This document shows, one piece after another, positions 1-13,357 of a stretch of 64,000 nt of DNA. How positions within the stretch are numbered: the stretch's first letter is position 1; every line of letters begins with the position of its first letter. Below the pieces are notes generated by a model that ran no database searches, was not told where the DNA came from, and was given only the letters and a program-made list of their open reading frames with translations. Origin of the DNA: Massalongia carnosa (Eukaryota); assembly GCA_965645245.1 (NCBI GenBank), contig OZ287074.1, forward strand, positions 248,001 to 312,000. The letters run 5' to 3'. The translations under genes and the position numbers were made by a program.

Positions 1-1200
1 GCCGCTTAATAAGCATCCTAACCCTACCTACCCCTCCCTACCTACATCTCCCTACATACCAACTCACCCTGCTGTCGCCAAGTTTCGAAGTTATTCAACT
101 CGCCGACATAGAACCCTCCCCCGGCGCCCCCCCGGCGCCCACATAAAAATTCCCGCCGCTGCCCACATGAAAAAATTTCCCCGCGGCCCCTAATAAAATC
201 CCCCCTATTTCCCTCTTTATTCGTCATCATCCCGCCGACGATTCCTACTCTCCTCCGCCGCCATCGTCATCGCCAGCGTCGTCGTCTCCTCATCTTCCAA
301 CTCCTGCAAGGCCTCCTCCACCCCCCGTCTTCTGATTGGTTCAGTCAACTTCTCAAACCAGTCTAGCCATCGCTTTATTTGTGGATTTCTTTCCTCGGCA
401 GTCCATTCGGCGGTGTACTCGGCTATTTCGTAGTATTTGTCTTTAATTGCGTCCAAAACCTCTCTCATCTGTAGCATATGTCGATCCGATCTTTCTACCT
501 CCTCGTGATGATCAAAATCCAGCCTAGTCGACGTTTCATACACCTCGAAGCCGCTATCCTCAAACATCTCCGCCCAGACTGTCCAATTGACTTCCTGAAA
601 CGCGTCGAAAACGATGTTATAGTGCCACAAGTGTCTGCATGGGAGTTGATACTGACGCCAAAATAGACAGTCTACAGGACAGATTAGCTCATCAGGCAGC
701 TCACCTGCCGGCTCATCACCGTCTGCTAAACTTCTAGCGGCTAGCTTCCATTGATCAACTATGAGCATTTGCACGGGATAGGGAAATTTTCGAAGATATG
801 GGCATTCCTGACATTCGGGAGTCATAGTAGTACGAAAATTAGCCTCTTCGCTGCGGGCTCGATTTTCCCATTGATCCCCGATTCGAATCACATGGCTTGC
901 AGCCCCGATCAGAGAAAAAGTCATGAAATGCGCTTTACCTACAGTACTAATTAGTATGACGAATGAAGCTCAAGAAATAGTCTCACCGTCAGCATGCTTT
1001 TTAATAGATGCGTGCCAGGATTCTACCGCATTAGTCGTCATACACTGCAGTAAAATGCATGAATGCTGACGTGCGTAATTAGCTCATTTGGATTTAGTCT
1101 GCACCCATTCTCGATCTATATATTGACGTTTTTCTTCAGGGGCAGCTGCCAATGCCTTTTTGAGACTATCATCGCATCCGAGCTCCGTTTTTCTGAAATA

Positions 1201-3508
1201 CAGTGAACCCTGGCTATAACGAATCGATGATTCCATGAAAAAAATTCGTTATAACCAGTTTTCGTTATAACCTTAATTTCTACGAAAACATCTCATTTTC
1301 TACCTAAAATAGCTGGTAATGGTCATCTGCTTTCTAGTATTGATTTCCCCATTTAGCATAACCTGCTCCGAAGCATTCAAACGTTGAATCAGATCGATGT
1401 CGCCATCTTCCTGTTGCTCATGAAATGTACGTAGTATTCTCAAAGCTTGAATAGCTTCAGAGTATTTCACTGTAGGTTTGACGATCTCATCTTCATCCGA
1501 TTCTTCAATTTGACCCTCGGCGTATGCATCCACAATAGTATCAAGAATGTCATCATCATCCTCAATGATTTCTTCCGCGGGATTGAGACATCGTTCAATA
1601 CTTATGACGTCTTGAATGCGATCATTCTTCTTCAACTGCTGCAATGTAGTGTTCATCTCTTTTACTAGTTGATTGTAGTCTTCCGTCTCTTGATCAACTG
1701 CCTTCGACCAACCCTTTTCTTTCGTCCAGCCCATTTTCTTCGCTTGCAATTGCGTAGTAGGTCCGAAATTTGCTGAGAATACCAAAGACTTAATCCAGCA
1801 GTTGACGATAGTAGCGGGTTTGACGTCATACTCCCAAGCAGTCATTGACTAACGAATAGCTTGCAAATATGCATGTTCTTAAAAGGATCTTTGTCCGCAT
1901 CATACTGATCACATAAAAAGGCTAGCTATTTTCGCTTGTAGTGAGCCTTAAACGTCTTGATGATGCCTTGATCCAATGGTTGACAGATGCTTGTAGCATT
2001 GGCAGGAAGAAATATCACTTTAACGTTTGATTCAGGATTTGATTCTGAATACTGACGATAGCCAGCAACATGAGCTGAAAATCCATCGACTAGCAAGACT
2101 ACTTTGCGATTTGTTTGACGACTAAACCATTGCAAATACTCTTGAAATAATACTCCCGTCATCCATGCCTTTCTATTGCTTCGCCATAGCATATTCAGGT
2201 TGCTAACGTTGATCCCCTCACGCGTAAAACAGCGAGGTGTTTTTGCCGTACCAATGAACAAAAGTGGAAGTTTATGAGTGCCCGTTGCATTAACGCAAAA
2301 ATTAACGGTTATTCTAGCTTTCTCAAGCTTCAATCCAGCAGATGAAGCTGTAGCCAACGTTCCATTCGGATTCATCTTCCAATACAAGGCAGCCTCATCC
2401 ATGTTGTATACATCGTCTTGATCGTACGGAGCCAACTTAATTCTCAAGTCCCTCAATTCTTCTTCCACTGTCTCCTTGTCAACTGATGCCGCTTCTCCAT
2501 GTCGAATACGAAAGGAGATGGAATGACGAGCTTTAAAAGCATCTAGCCAACCGTTAGAAAACTTGGGCATTTCTTCATGAGAGTATTGGGGAAGTCTTAT
2601 CCAGATTTTCTTTGCCATCTCCTTCAATAACTCTCCCGTCACAGTCGCCTGCTTTGTCTGCATTCGTTGTTGCCATTCGAAAAGAGCCGCTTCAAGATCC
2701 GGCCAAAAAGAAGCTTTCAATCTTTTGATATCAGGTTGATTCCGAAGGTGTATGACCGAATTCAGCTTCAAACCAGACTTGAAGAGCTTTGCCGAAAGGT
2801 CTTTTAACGAAATTATTCTGAATATACTGACGAAGCGCGTGTTTTTCTGCATCTGTGATAGGTCGACGACGTTTTTTGGAGGAAGAATTCATGATGAGTT
2901 GTTGGTTATTAAAAGTGTTGTAATGTGCAAAGTCACCCGGCTGATGCCTAGTAAAGTGTTCAGAGTCACATAGTACCGCATTGGGATTAGTGCGTTGGTA
3001 AGAACATTAGGCAACACATAACGACCTCGAGAAGCACCGCAAAACTTCTATGAACATTCCCATCGAGTCATAAATTGGATATGAGTCAATCACCAATCTT
3101 AGATTTCTAGGAAGCAGGAAGGTGAGTCATAGGGAGAACGGTTTTAGGCATGTTTTTCTATCTATATAAACACGGTCCTTAGATAGGTAGATAGAAAGAT
3201 CAATCGTTTCAAAAGTGAGCTTTTTACTATGCCAGCAGAGCTTCAATTACAATAAAAAGGATATGTTATCTATCGATAAGATGCGCAGCATGTAGTACTA
3301 CGTATCAAGAATTTTTATCAGCTAATCCTAAAAGGGTAATTGCCGAGGTCTAGTTATAGCGAATCACTAAGAAACTTTCTAAAATTGCTTACGAATTCGC
3401 AATAGGCCGACATTCGTTATTTTACATACAAGAATCGCTCATCCATGAAAAAAATTCGTTTTAAGCCGAATTCGTTGGAAAAAGGTTCGTTTTAACCAGG
3501 GTTCACTG
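1201..3508 (-). mobile_element. pogo/Tigger-like (CENP-B HTH + DDE_1) DNA transposon, 2308 bp
   Basis: 23-bp TIRs (CAGTGAACCCTGGCTATAACGAA at 1201; inverted copy 3486..3508, 2 mismatches); TA duplication at 1199-1200 and 3509-3510. Confidence 0.93.
1300..2892 (-). pseudogene. Degenerate pogo-family transposase
   Basis: MNSSSKKRRRPITDAEK N-terminus from 2892, then PDLEAALFEW (CENP-B HTH), YNMDEAALYW, VLLVDGFSAH and QPLDQGII. Frameshifts and TAG stops near 1926 and 1850. Confidence 0.85.
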
Positions 3509-5628
3509 TATAGAGCATCATACAAATGCTTTTTTGCATTTTTGCAATTGGGACCGACCAATTTTCGATTCAGGGTACGCTCGGAGTGAGTCCGACAAAG
3601 TAGATGAGTAACCTCCATCTCCCCGTCGATCAACCCTCGAAATGCAAGACTGACCCCTCGCTGTTCAGCTGCAGAATCGTCGGTGATAATGTATCGAAGT
3701 CTCCAAGCTCTAGGCCATCGCTTAATCTGACGAAGAAACTCTCCTATAATGTCACCGTCCTCGTTACTACTCAGCATGTGGGCTCCGGGAATCCAGCTTC
3801 CACATTCGTCACGAATCATCAATGTAAATAACTTCCATTTTAGCTGATTGGTGTTATGAGTACTGTCCATCAATGTCAGATGTCCACGTTTCATCAATAC
3901 TGATAACCGAGATCTTTTTGCAAATGCTATTGCATGTGATCTTTCTCTATCAATGAGACGAGTTATTTCAAGCTTTGCAGCTAGAACATCTTCACCCAAT
4001 GCCTGCAATGCATCAAAACAGCTATTCAATTGATTAATCCATGACTCCCTAGCTCCCTGAATTCGTGCATCAGGATTCTGCTTTTTAAAGCTTCTTCCAG
4101 CATTGTATACGGTTTGAAAGTTGAAATTCGACCCCCCGGCCTGGTTCAAAGCTTCAAGATTCCCTTCCCATCTAACGCCCTGCATGTTTCGATTGACGTC
4201 TCCCGGGGTATATCCTTTTGCCACCTCTTTACCAGCCGTCAGTCTGATGGCGGAGTTGATTTTGATATTGTCCACAACCTCCAAAATGTGATTATGTTGC
4301 AGCTGATTAACTGAGTCGTCAAGCTTCTTGTTGACGTGACGACTCAAAGTCACCGTCAACAATTCATTGATCTCATCAAATTGTTTGATCATAGCCAGCT
4401 TTATAGAGCAAGCATCAGTTAACCGCATTCGTTTAGCACGTCGTCCTGAACCTTGACTTTTAATGTCAGCATCTTGCTTCCAAAGTCTGCAAAACCAATA
4501 TGATTTTTGAGTTCTCTTCTTGGTAATAGGCTCCGTGTGATTATGCACCCAGATGTTGTCCATAAACGGCCAGTATGAAGCATAATTATCCGCAGTCCAA
4601 GTTATTGGTGCATCTAATGCAAAGACAAGCTGACGCATCGAGACCAGATGAGAAGGTAGAGCCAAGACAGTGGAAATAGGGGTCGAAGCGGAGCGAGAAG
4701 ATCCTCTGGCGACGGTGAGCTGACTATCCAGCTGACTATCTAGCTGACTGTCGACGTCGCTTTCGGGCTTGGTGGTATCTAAGTACGAAGACATCTTGAA
4801 TAGCCTCAATAAATGAGAGCAGCGAGGTATGAGAAAAGTGATAATAAGGGGTAACCAGGGGATGAGAATTACGGTTGGAAGACGCGACATTAATATTTAC
4901 GAGATTTGGTCATGTGCCAGCTTACTAATTGCTGCGGCAGCTAAATGGTATGGAAAATAGAAAACCTCTGAGTTTTACAGCCTCCCCCAGGGCTAAGCGA
5001 GTATGTATTCCAACAGCATCCTCGACAACCATCACTGCAACCATGATCCTTCGCTGCCAGATCAGGTACAAATCATCCTCAGCCCCCTCCTTCCTACGAC
5101 CTCCTACGCCTTCCTGTATAAATCGGACTTCTTGAGTTTGAATAGATCTTCTCGTCACACTCTCCAAAGATTTGATGCTACTCTATCAATACGCATACAA
5201 TAGACGCGACCTTGATGCGAGAAGATGGCGAACACGAAAATCTCTCTGTAGTTGGTTTGCTGCGTTGTCGAACTTAATCTTAGTAAGCTGACAAGGTGAA
5301 TGTAAGTCCTGAAGACTGAGAGAAGAGAAAAGGAGGGGGGGACAAAAAGATAACAACCAAAAAGGGTTGCAGGTCCTCGCCGTGCCGCACATATGTAAAT
5401 GAAATGATGACAGCATTTGCCACACAACAACACAATGAAGTTTGACGATTCTCCGCCCAAGTTTTGCAGCAGGTGGACGGTATTCTACAGGCGCCTGAAA
5501 GGCATTCAAAACCAACACTCCCTTTCTCTAGATCCAATGGAATGAACACAGCTCTTGATGATTAGAATCTTTATTACCTCCATCAAGCTACATTGACGCT
5601 GTTGTGACGAATCCTGTCGTTGATTCAA

Positions 5629-7086
5629 ATGTCCTTCGATGAAAATGCCAGTAGGATCCACAGAATCACTTTGGTGGTGTGTATTCTGTCGGTCTTGTTT
5701 TTGAGTCGAAGACGTAAAGTTTGCTGATTTTAGATGATGAAAAATAGGTCACGTCTATAATCCTTTTTACCATCGCGCTGCTCTCCGTCTTTGCTCGCGT
5801 CGTGATCCAATTCCGATATCAAAAGCAGCTTTCCGTTGACGATATCTTCTTATATTTTGGAGTTATATGTTTATGCGTCGCCATGGGTTTGCTGGTGGAC
5901 TTCTCCAAAGTCGTGTATTTTATGGAAGCGGTGATCACAAACTCTCTTGAGACAGAGTTACCGCCAGACTTCCTGTCGATTTTGTTTCGATACCATAAAA
6001 CCAGTGTGACATATTTTGTTCTAGCACACACCACAATCTTCGCTGTCAAGTTCAGTTATCTCTTCTTCTTCCACATCCTCGTACGGCGAGTGCGGAAAAT
6101 GATGATATACTGGTGGACGGTCCTCGCGATTCTAGTTGTCGCGTGGGCCGTCACTATAAGCGTCTCGATTTTTCTTCCTTGCCCGTATTTCGATATCAGA
6201 TCTTGTACAGCTTGGTCACTTCAATTTTCTTCTTTCGATGTTCAGAGCTAATTCATATCGTAGTAAATTGTTCTCAAAAGTCCGAACTTCCTAAAGAAAT
6301 TGGTCTAGCCGCTCTTGCAACAATATTAGACATTGTATCAGATATACTAAGTTAGTCTGATTCGCACTAATTGATCTTTTCTTTCCATCAAGCTTACACA
6401 CTTTATCTTAGTAATGATAATCCCTATTCATCTTCTCTGGCACATACGGATCAATCTTCGCCAAAAACTTATTTTAGGCGCTACTCTGTGCCTCTCAATT
6501 GTGATGATAATCATCGCTATCATCCGCATGTCCAAATTCCGGATCGCTTCCACGAAAATTGACATCATTTGGGATGTATTCTGGGAGCAGGTTGAAGCCT
6601 GCATGGCAGTCATCATGGTGTCCATCTCCGCATTCCGCTCCTTCTTCGTCGCACACGAGACGCGTCTACGCGAGAACCAAATTCGCAACCGACCGTGGTA
6701 TATGAGCAAGCAGAACACGTCGAGGTCGGCCTATCGGCGAAGGAAGCTCCAGTCTGAGAGTGAGGAGATGGACCAATTACCAGAAATTCCACGGGCCACA
6801 ATGACGGGCATGCGCACCTTCATCAATAGGGGGAAAACCAATACCGAGAGCCAGTTTTCTTCCGTGGGCACGGAAGATGCCACAACGCTGGCCGACGATG
6901 ATAATGCACAGAAAATCAAAGTTAACTATATGATTTCAACCGACTCACACGACGTAAGCCTATCATGCAAGCTTATAATCTTCACACCTCCTTTCCTAAA
7001 ATAACCCGACAAGAGAAAAATCGCTGATCATTATGACACAGACGCCTCAAACCAGTCAAACGCGGGAATTACGGGGCTTTTTATAA
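5629..7086 (+). CDS. PTH11/SAT4-like rhodopsin-domain integral membrane protein (5 exons)
   Basis: Spliced model with introns about 5677-5747, 6205-6263, 6351-6411 and 6954-7041. Multiple TM helices with family motifs LSVDD, AVKFSYLFFF, DIVSDILIMIIPIHLLWHIRI and WEQVEACMAVI. Confidence 0.8.
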
Positions 7087-8009
7087 CATCAAGGTTACCT
7101 TACATCAGACATTGTATTGCTACAATGAAAGAAAGGATAAAATTTCTAACGTGTCAAGGGAAGGTTATTCCTTTCATTACAATTCCATCGAGTACAGGAG
7201 TGAAGAAGGGGAGCTTTGATGGCCGGGAATCCTGCTTCCCTGAGAATAAATTGAATAATGTACACAAAGTTCGTGTAAAAAGTGTCACAATTGCTTTGAT
7301 GTCTGAACCTCAATAAACTCCTTGCATTGCTATATATTCTCAGGCGATGGTCACAACACATCGCGTAAAGCAACAACGGAATGAAAGATTAAATCGACAT
7401 GAATCAGTTCGGTTTCCGTATCAAGCGACAGAATATCAGTTGACATCAAATTTTATCCAATACCTTGCAAGACTGTGTATCGGGCAGTCCTTGTCTATAC
7501 ATGCGGATACACATCTAGAATCTGAGCAGCAATTTTACATCAGTGCTAAACGCGGCTGCTAAATTACAGTGATGATGATAACGAAAGAAAATTTCCATTC
7601 CCAGGAAGTTATGTGATTGAATCTATAATTGTATGACTTAATGATTAAAAAGTTTCAGACAATTACATAAAGATTCGATTTTGTTTTGATCTGTTCAGTT
7701 TTAGAGCTAGTGCAAAAGAGAATAAACACGAGTCTTTTAACGATCGCGTTTGACGCTGATAAACGTTTCCGTTATTATGATAATGATAATGTATTCATAC
7801 TCCGATATGTCACCGGCAGGCCGGCCCATGCGGGCAAAGCTGTCTAAGTTATGTTACATGGAAAACCTTTTTCAGGTGTAAAAATCATATCCCTTGATAC
7901 CTGTCCGATGTGACAACGGATCGACGTCGGACAGGAGACGCAGAGCGAAAATATTGTGAGAACTGTGACGCCTTGTGAAATGGGAAGAAAAAGAAAAGTG
8001 AAACTACTG

Positions 8010-11000
8010 TTGATTATACAATAGTGTAGATGCCATTGAGAATTGGGCCAGTAGACCTGTTTTCATTAGTCAAGCAGTTAATATCTTTAGCATTTTTGAT
8101 GTTTCGGTTAGCTGTTGATAGTTGTTCGTGCCAGCGGCGCGAAACATCTGTTCTCTATTGTCAATAAGTCTACAGAACATGATTACGTGTTCTGGAGTTT
8201 GTCTGTGCCAGCCTCATGAGCAGGCCGGTGAGGTGACGGCGGGACCCGTCGCTGGTAGAGGAAGTCAGCTAGACCGATCTTACCGGTGCAGATCTGTGTT
8301 GTCAGGGCGCTTTCTGCCTTTTTTAGCAGCGTGTGTATTTTGAGTCGTTTTTTGCTCAGTGAGACTGATTGCGGTATGGAGGGTGGGTTCGGTGACACGA
8401 TTTTGATATGCGCTCCACGAGTCGTTCCAGACTTTCAGCTGTCGTGCTTTAATTGTCTGCATTTGTTTTTAACGAGCCAACGCTGCTACGGAGACTTCGC
8501 GGAGATGCGCTGGGGAGGGGTCGGGCCATGGTGGGTGTGCTTTGGGTGGTTGAACGATTTTTGCGTCGATCAGTAGGTTTTTGGCCCAGGTGTTCTTCAG
8601 CTCTCCCGGAGTGGATTTTTGAAGGCGTTTACCCTTCGATTGACCTCCGGCTCGGAGTCGATGTCTGGCCTGCGCCTGTAACGTGTCGAGGTGTACATCT
8701 ATGGGTGCTATGTATGTCTCTGCTTCAAGAACTGGAATGGGAGTGGCTTTAAAGGCACCGGTTATGATGCGAAGGCAGTTGTTCTGCATAACGGAGAGCT
8801 TACTCGTTGACGTTTTTGACTTTTTGACTTCTTTGGGCATGTGCCATACGGTTGACCCGTATGTCATGACCGGACGCACTACGGCGCTGTAAACTTGCCT
8901 TGCTTTGGTGAAGGTGGCACCCCAGGTCGATGTGGAGATTTTTGTCAATGCCATGGATTGTTCGACCATTTTCTTTTGAGTTTTGCGAACGTGCGGCCCC
9001 CATTTCAATTTGGTGTCAATTTGTAAGCCTAAGACTCTAATGTCCGTTTTAGGTTCAATTTCGGTGCTTTTGCAATGTTGATGAATGCAGCCATATTGAA
9101 TCTTTTGGGATTTCTGGACAAGTGAATGAGTTCGTACTTCGTCGGGGCGAATAGGGATCCGTGTCGAGAAGCCCACTTTTCGCATTGTCTGTGTGTTGAC
9201 TCCAGAGACTTGCAATTCTCTTCGGTGCTTTTTCCGTATGCCAAAATGTTGGCATCTTCTACAAATCCTATGACACTTGTGTTTGTGCCTGATCGCTCGC
9301 ATATTCCAATAGGTCTGCATTATAGAATAGATAAAGAATGAATGAGAAAGGGGAGCCCTGTGGTATGCCAGTTCTCACCGCGAATCGTCCGATCGCTTTT
9401 CGATTTATAGCTAGAGTTGTGCTACGATCATTTAAAAAGCTGTTTAATCAATCAGTAATTCATTTCGGGATTTTTCTTTTACGTAGATTGTGCGTTAGTC
9501 TTTGATGTGAAACTGTATCAAACGCGCCGGCGACGTCCATGCTTAAAAGTGTGGCTACTTTATCTTTTCCTTGTCCTCAAATCGTGTGAACCTGTTCGGT
9601 TAGTAACTTCAGAGCTGATTCTGTAGATCTGTCCTTTCTCGCTCCCATGTGTGTCGGGTAGGAGCCGATGTTTTTCCGCTAAATAAGTTATTTTTGATCC
9701 TATGATAGATTCCATTGCTTTGCTGAGCGTGTTGAGTAATGCAATTGATCGGTAAGCCTTCGGCGTGGTGTACTTTGCTTTTTCTATTTTTCTTAATATT
9801 ATCATGTTTGCCATTTTGAAGGCTCGGGGATGGTACGAAAGTGTAACGCACGCCTGAAACAGAGGTGTTAATAATTCAACAAGTTTTTCCGCGCATGTCT
9901 TGAGTACTCTATTAGATATGCCGTCAGGACCCGGTGCTTTATCGGGCTTGAGCCGATGCAGGGCCTTGGACACTTCTGACCTGGTGATAATCATTGGACA
10001 GTGCGGCGATGCTAGATAGAAGGATCCTTCTATATCGCTTAAGTCGGCCGGTGGTGGTGCGGGAAAGAAAATGCTTTTCAGCATTTCGGCTTTCTCATCG
10101 AACGTGTCTGCTGTTTGATTATTGAACTTCAAAGTCGGCATTTTGGGTACTGTGTGACTTTTGTCTTTGGCCCATTTCGCTAGCCGCCACAGAACCCTGA
10201 GGCGTTTCGGTAGCCTTACTGATCTCTTGACGAAAATTTGTCCTCTTTGCTTTTTGGATAATTTTCTGTTTCTTGTTATTAGATTGACCAGTCCGCTAGA
10301 TCTCGTGTGTCAGACCATATACGGCGTAATTTTCGTGTGGCTTTGGTGGCAATATTGCATTCTTCTGTCCAGAAAGGCTTAGCATATTCGCTAGGTTTCG
10401 CCCATGGGACGGCTGCATTGATGACATTTTATAGGAAGTTTTGAATCGATTCTGTGTATGTATCGATCTCGACAGGTGTGCGGGGAGACGCCGGTGAAGG
10501 TGTGTGGCGCTCGGCTTCCCTTAATTTTTCCAAATTCAGAAGTTTCCATGCCCTGCGTTTACTTTTTGGTTGCGACTCGCTACCGAGTAGGATGCGGGTT
10601 GATATCGGTACGTGATCGGACGATTGATTTAATTCTGGTCTGGTCATGCAGTGTTCAAGTCTTTCAACTAGATGTTCTGACATGAAAACTAGATCGATCG
10701 TGCTAAACGTGTTTCTTGCTTCCCATGTTACGGTGCCTTTCGGCAATGTTAGCGAGAGATTGAATTCATCGATGATTTCTAACAATTGATCAGCTGCAGC
10801 ATGTTGTGTAGGTCTTGAAGGACCGTTCCAAAATGGATGATGCAGATTGAAATCACCAAGCAGGATATGATGCACGCCTTCGGTTAGCATGCTCCGAGCG
10901 GTCGATAAAGTAGAAGGGCTATCAGTGGACGAATAGGAGGCAGGAGAGGGATTGTATACGTTGTGTATATGGATCACCTCCACTACGCCTTCGGTGCATG

Positions 11001-11298
11001 TTTCTATTTTTAGCGTGCACATGTCGGCCGAGGGAAATTCTACTTCCCAGCTGTCAGTGCCTATTGAATCGTTGATGTAGAAGCACACTCTGGTGTCGCC
11101 TCCTGGGCGGTATAGAAGGTGAAAGCCACTTTGATGTGAACTGAGCGATGTGGGGGCGGATGGGTTGCACCACGGTTCCTGTATTGCAATGATATCATAG
11201 TCCTGGGTGTTTGTGTCTGCTAAGAGGGGTATCATAGTACTCACTCTATCATTTCTGACATTATACTGCAATATCGAGAGGGATTTTGTGTCTCTCAT
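8010..11298 (-). pseudogene. LINE ORF2 (APE endonuclease + reverse transcriptase), fragmented
   Basis: ILQYNV, IIAIQEPW, LLGDFNLHH, STIDL and SDH (APE); KAPGPDGI, YRSIALLNTL and IRVLGLQID (RT); C-terminal RQTPEHVIMFC knuckle. Many stops and frameshifts; the lower bound is approximate. Confidence 0.88.
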
Positions 11299-11543
11299 AG
11301 GATTTCCATGGTTTCGACCACTGTGACTGGGGTGGCCTGGGTGCCTGTCGTTACTACGGATTCTGCGCGGGGTCTACCTAGCGCTGGTTTTGCTAAGGCT
11401 TTGATCATGTTTTCAGGATTCATAATGCCTATATTAGCCCAGGTTGATACTTGCTCTCCTCGGGGAGAGCCCGGTGATGAGTCGGCTGAGAGCCCCGCGT
11501 TGTGCATTTTTCTTTTCTTGCCGTTCACAATCTTCCACGTTGA

Positions 11544-12865
11544 AGACTTCGATAAGAGTCCTGGGAGTATACATTGACACTAGACTCGATTGGGCAGCGC
11601 ATTACAAGGAAATTCAGAAGAAAATGACGAGACAAACAATGGCACTGACCAAAATCGCAGCCTCAACCTGGGGGGCGACCCTCCTACGAGCCCGCCACGT
11701 GTACACAGCAGTGATACGCCCCGCCATGTCGCACGGCTCGATAGCATGGCACATGCCAGCCGAAGCAAGAAAGAAAGCCAAAGTCGAATCAAGAAGCAAA
11801 CTCGAAGTCATACAAAACAAGTGTTTACGAGTCATAGCCGGAGCGTACAAGGCTACCCCAATTGAAGTATTACAGGCAGAAACCCACATCCCTCCCTTAA
11901 CGCAACATCTAGACCGCTTACAAGCAAAAACGAGATCCAGAATCTCGAACAGCGAACAGGAAAAAATTATAAAGCAGGCGTGCAATAGAATTCAAGTGAA
12001 ACTCAGAGGTAAAAGAGGTCAATCGCGAGTCGCAGAGAAAACACCGGGAACTCGTAAACGAGAATGGGTAACAAAGATGACGAAAGACGCACCGAAAACA
12101 GTTAAACTGGATCAACCCTCTCCCCCTCCCTGGACAACGATCGACGAGGCACAGAAGAGACAACGCACAGCGCAAGTAACGACGCAGAACCAACGAGACG
12201 GGATAATAAAGAAGCACTTTGAGAATCAGTGGATCAACAAGTGGAAAGCATATCAAGCAAAACACACGTTATATCCCACGATCGCACAACAGGCGCCTAT
12301 ACACAGGAAAAGGCTTAACGCACACAAGTTACTAGACAAAGCGCAAAGTTCACTAGCAACACAGATAAGAACGGAAAAAATCGGACTGGCCAACTTTCTA
12401 TATCGGCGCAAGGTCCCAGGTGTGAACTCGGCGGCATGTCCCTGCGGAAGCCTCTTACAAACAGCCAAACATGTAATCATGTTCTGCAGACTGCACGAAC
12501 ACAGAACGCACATGCTACGAACGGCAGGCTCGTCAGACTACCGCAAGCTAATCACCGAACCCAAAGCTCTCAAAGTAGTAACCGCGTGGCTCATGCGCAC
12601 AGGTATTTTAACACAGTATTCCATTGCCACGCAACTGCTTGAACAGCAGCCGGGCAGTCTCTCTTCAGTTTGAAAAACAGGTATCGCAGATTTTCGAGAT
12701 ACAGGAATCAATCCGCGGGAGCGGCGAACCCCCGATGAAGCGGATACGCAGGAGTAGTTTTTCACCTTTGGGTTTTCTACTTATTACATAGCTTATATAG
12801 CATCTCCCGCATGGGCCGGCCTTCGGCCGGTGACACAACGGCGTAAGAATAATCAAATCAAATCA
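11544..12865 (+). mobile_element. 5'-truncated LINE of a second family (B), nested antisense in the host LINE ORF1
   Basis: 15-bp TSD AATCTTCCACGTTGA at 11529..11543 and 12866..12880; (AAATC)n tail. Uninterrupted RT-thumb/C-terminal frame to the stop at 12673 (IRVLGVYIDTRLDW...CPCGSLLQTAKHVIMFC). Confidence 0.93.
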
Positions 12866-13357
12866 AATCTTCCACGTTGACGAAATTTCGTTCGTTTGTG
12901 TAGCTGCGAGTGTCTGCGCTCCTTGAAACTGGGATAAGGGCGATTGTGACTCGATTGTGTATAGTGGAGCGCGATTTTGCATAGCAATTTCAGTTTTTCG
13001 GTTTTCAGTCTTTCTGATTTTGCATGTTGTAGATCACGCCTCGTGTCCCTTCTCTCCGCATATGGCACATCGACGGTATTGCCCCGTTGCCTTCAAGTTG
13101 CATTCTTTACTTTGATGTCCACCGGCACAGTGATCATAAGCGGCGGGATTGCGACATGATTTATCTATGTGACCATATTTCTGACAATTGAAGCATTAGG
13201 TCATGGTGCAACCACGTGTAAAACGCTCACAGTCTTTTATTTCGTAGTCCTTCATCAGGCCCTCGGTAATGAGCCGGTTGGCCATCTCGGCAGTAGCGAC
13301 CTCCATGTGTAGAGTGGAGTATGCTTTTTTCTCCCTGATGGTCTTGACTGACCCAAG

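Larger units (their letters stand above)
217..4890 (-). pseudogene. Mutator-like (MULE) transposase with C-terminal SWIM zinc finger, split by a pogo-like insertion
   Basis: ORF 3439..4890 has MULE motifs (LMDSTHNTN, IITDDSAAE, HLLCRTH). Removing 1201..3508 and one TA restores DALYFRKTELG...TTNAVESWH. A GT-AG intron at 939..986 joins it to ORF 217..924 (CPVDCLFWRQYQLPCRH, SWIM-like). Internal TGA at 1084..1086. Start may be 4794. Confidence 0.85.

Noticed and set aside
3439..3508. C-terminus SEPWLKRT... of the 483-aa ORF
   Set aside because: Read-through into the pogo TIR; the true frame resumes at 1198.
1..4940. MULE terminal inverted repeats
   Set aside because: Only weak similarity between 1..14 and about 4920..4938; the left end probably lies outside the window.
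11444..11543. N-terminus of the 409-aa ORF
   Set aside because: Lies outside the TSD in antisense host ORF1; a chance in-frame extension of the truncated LINE-B.
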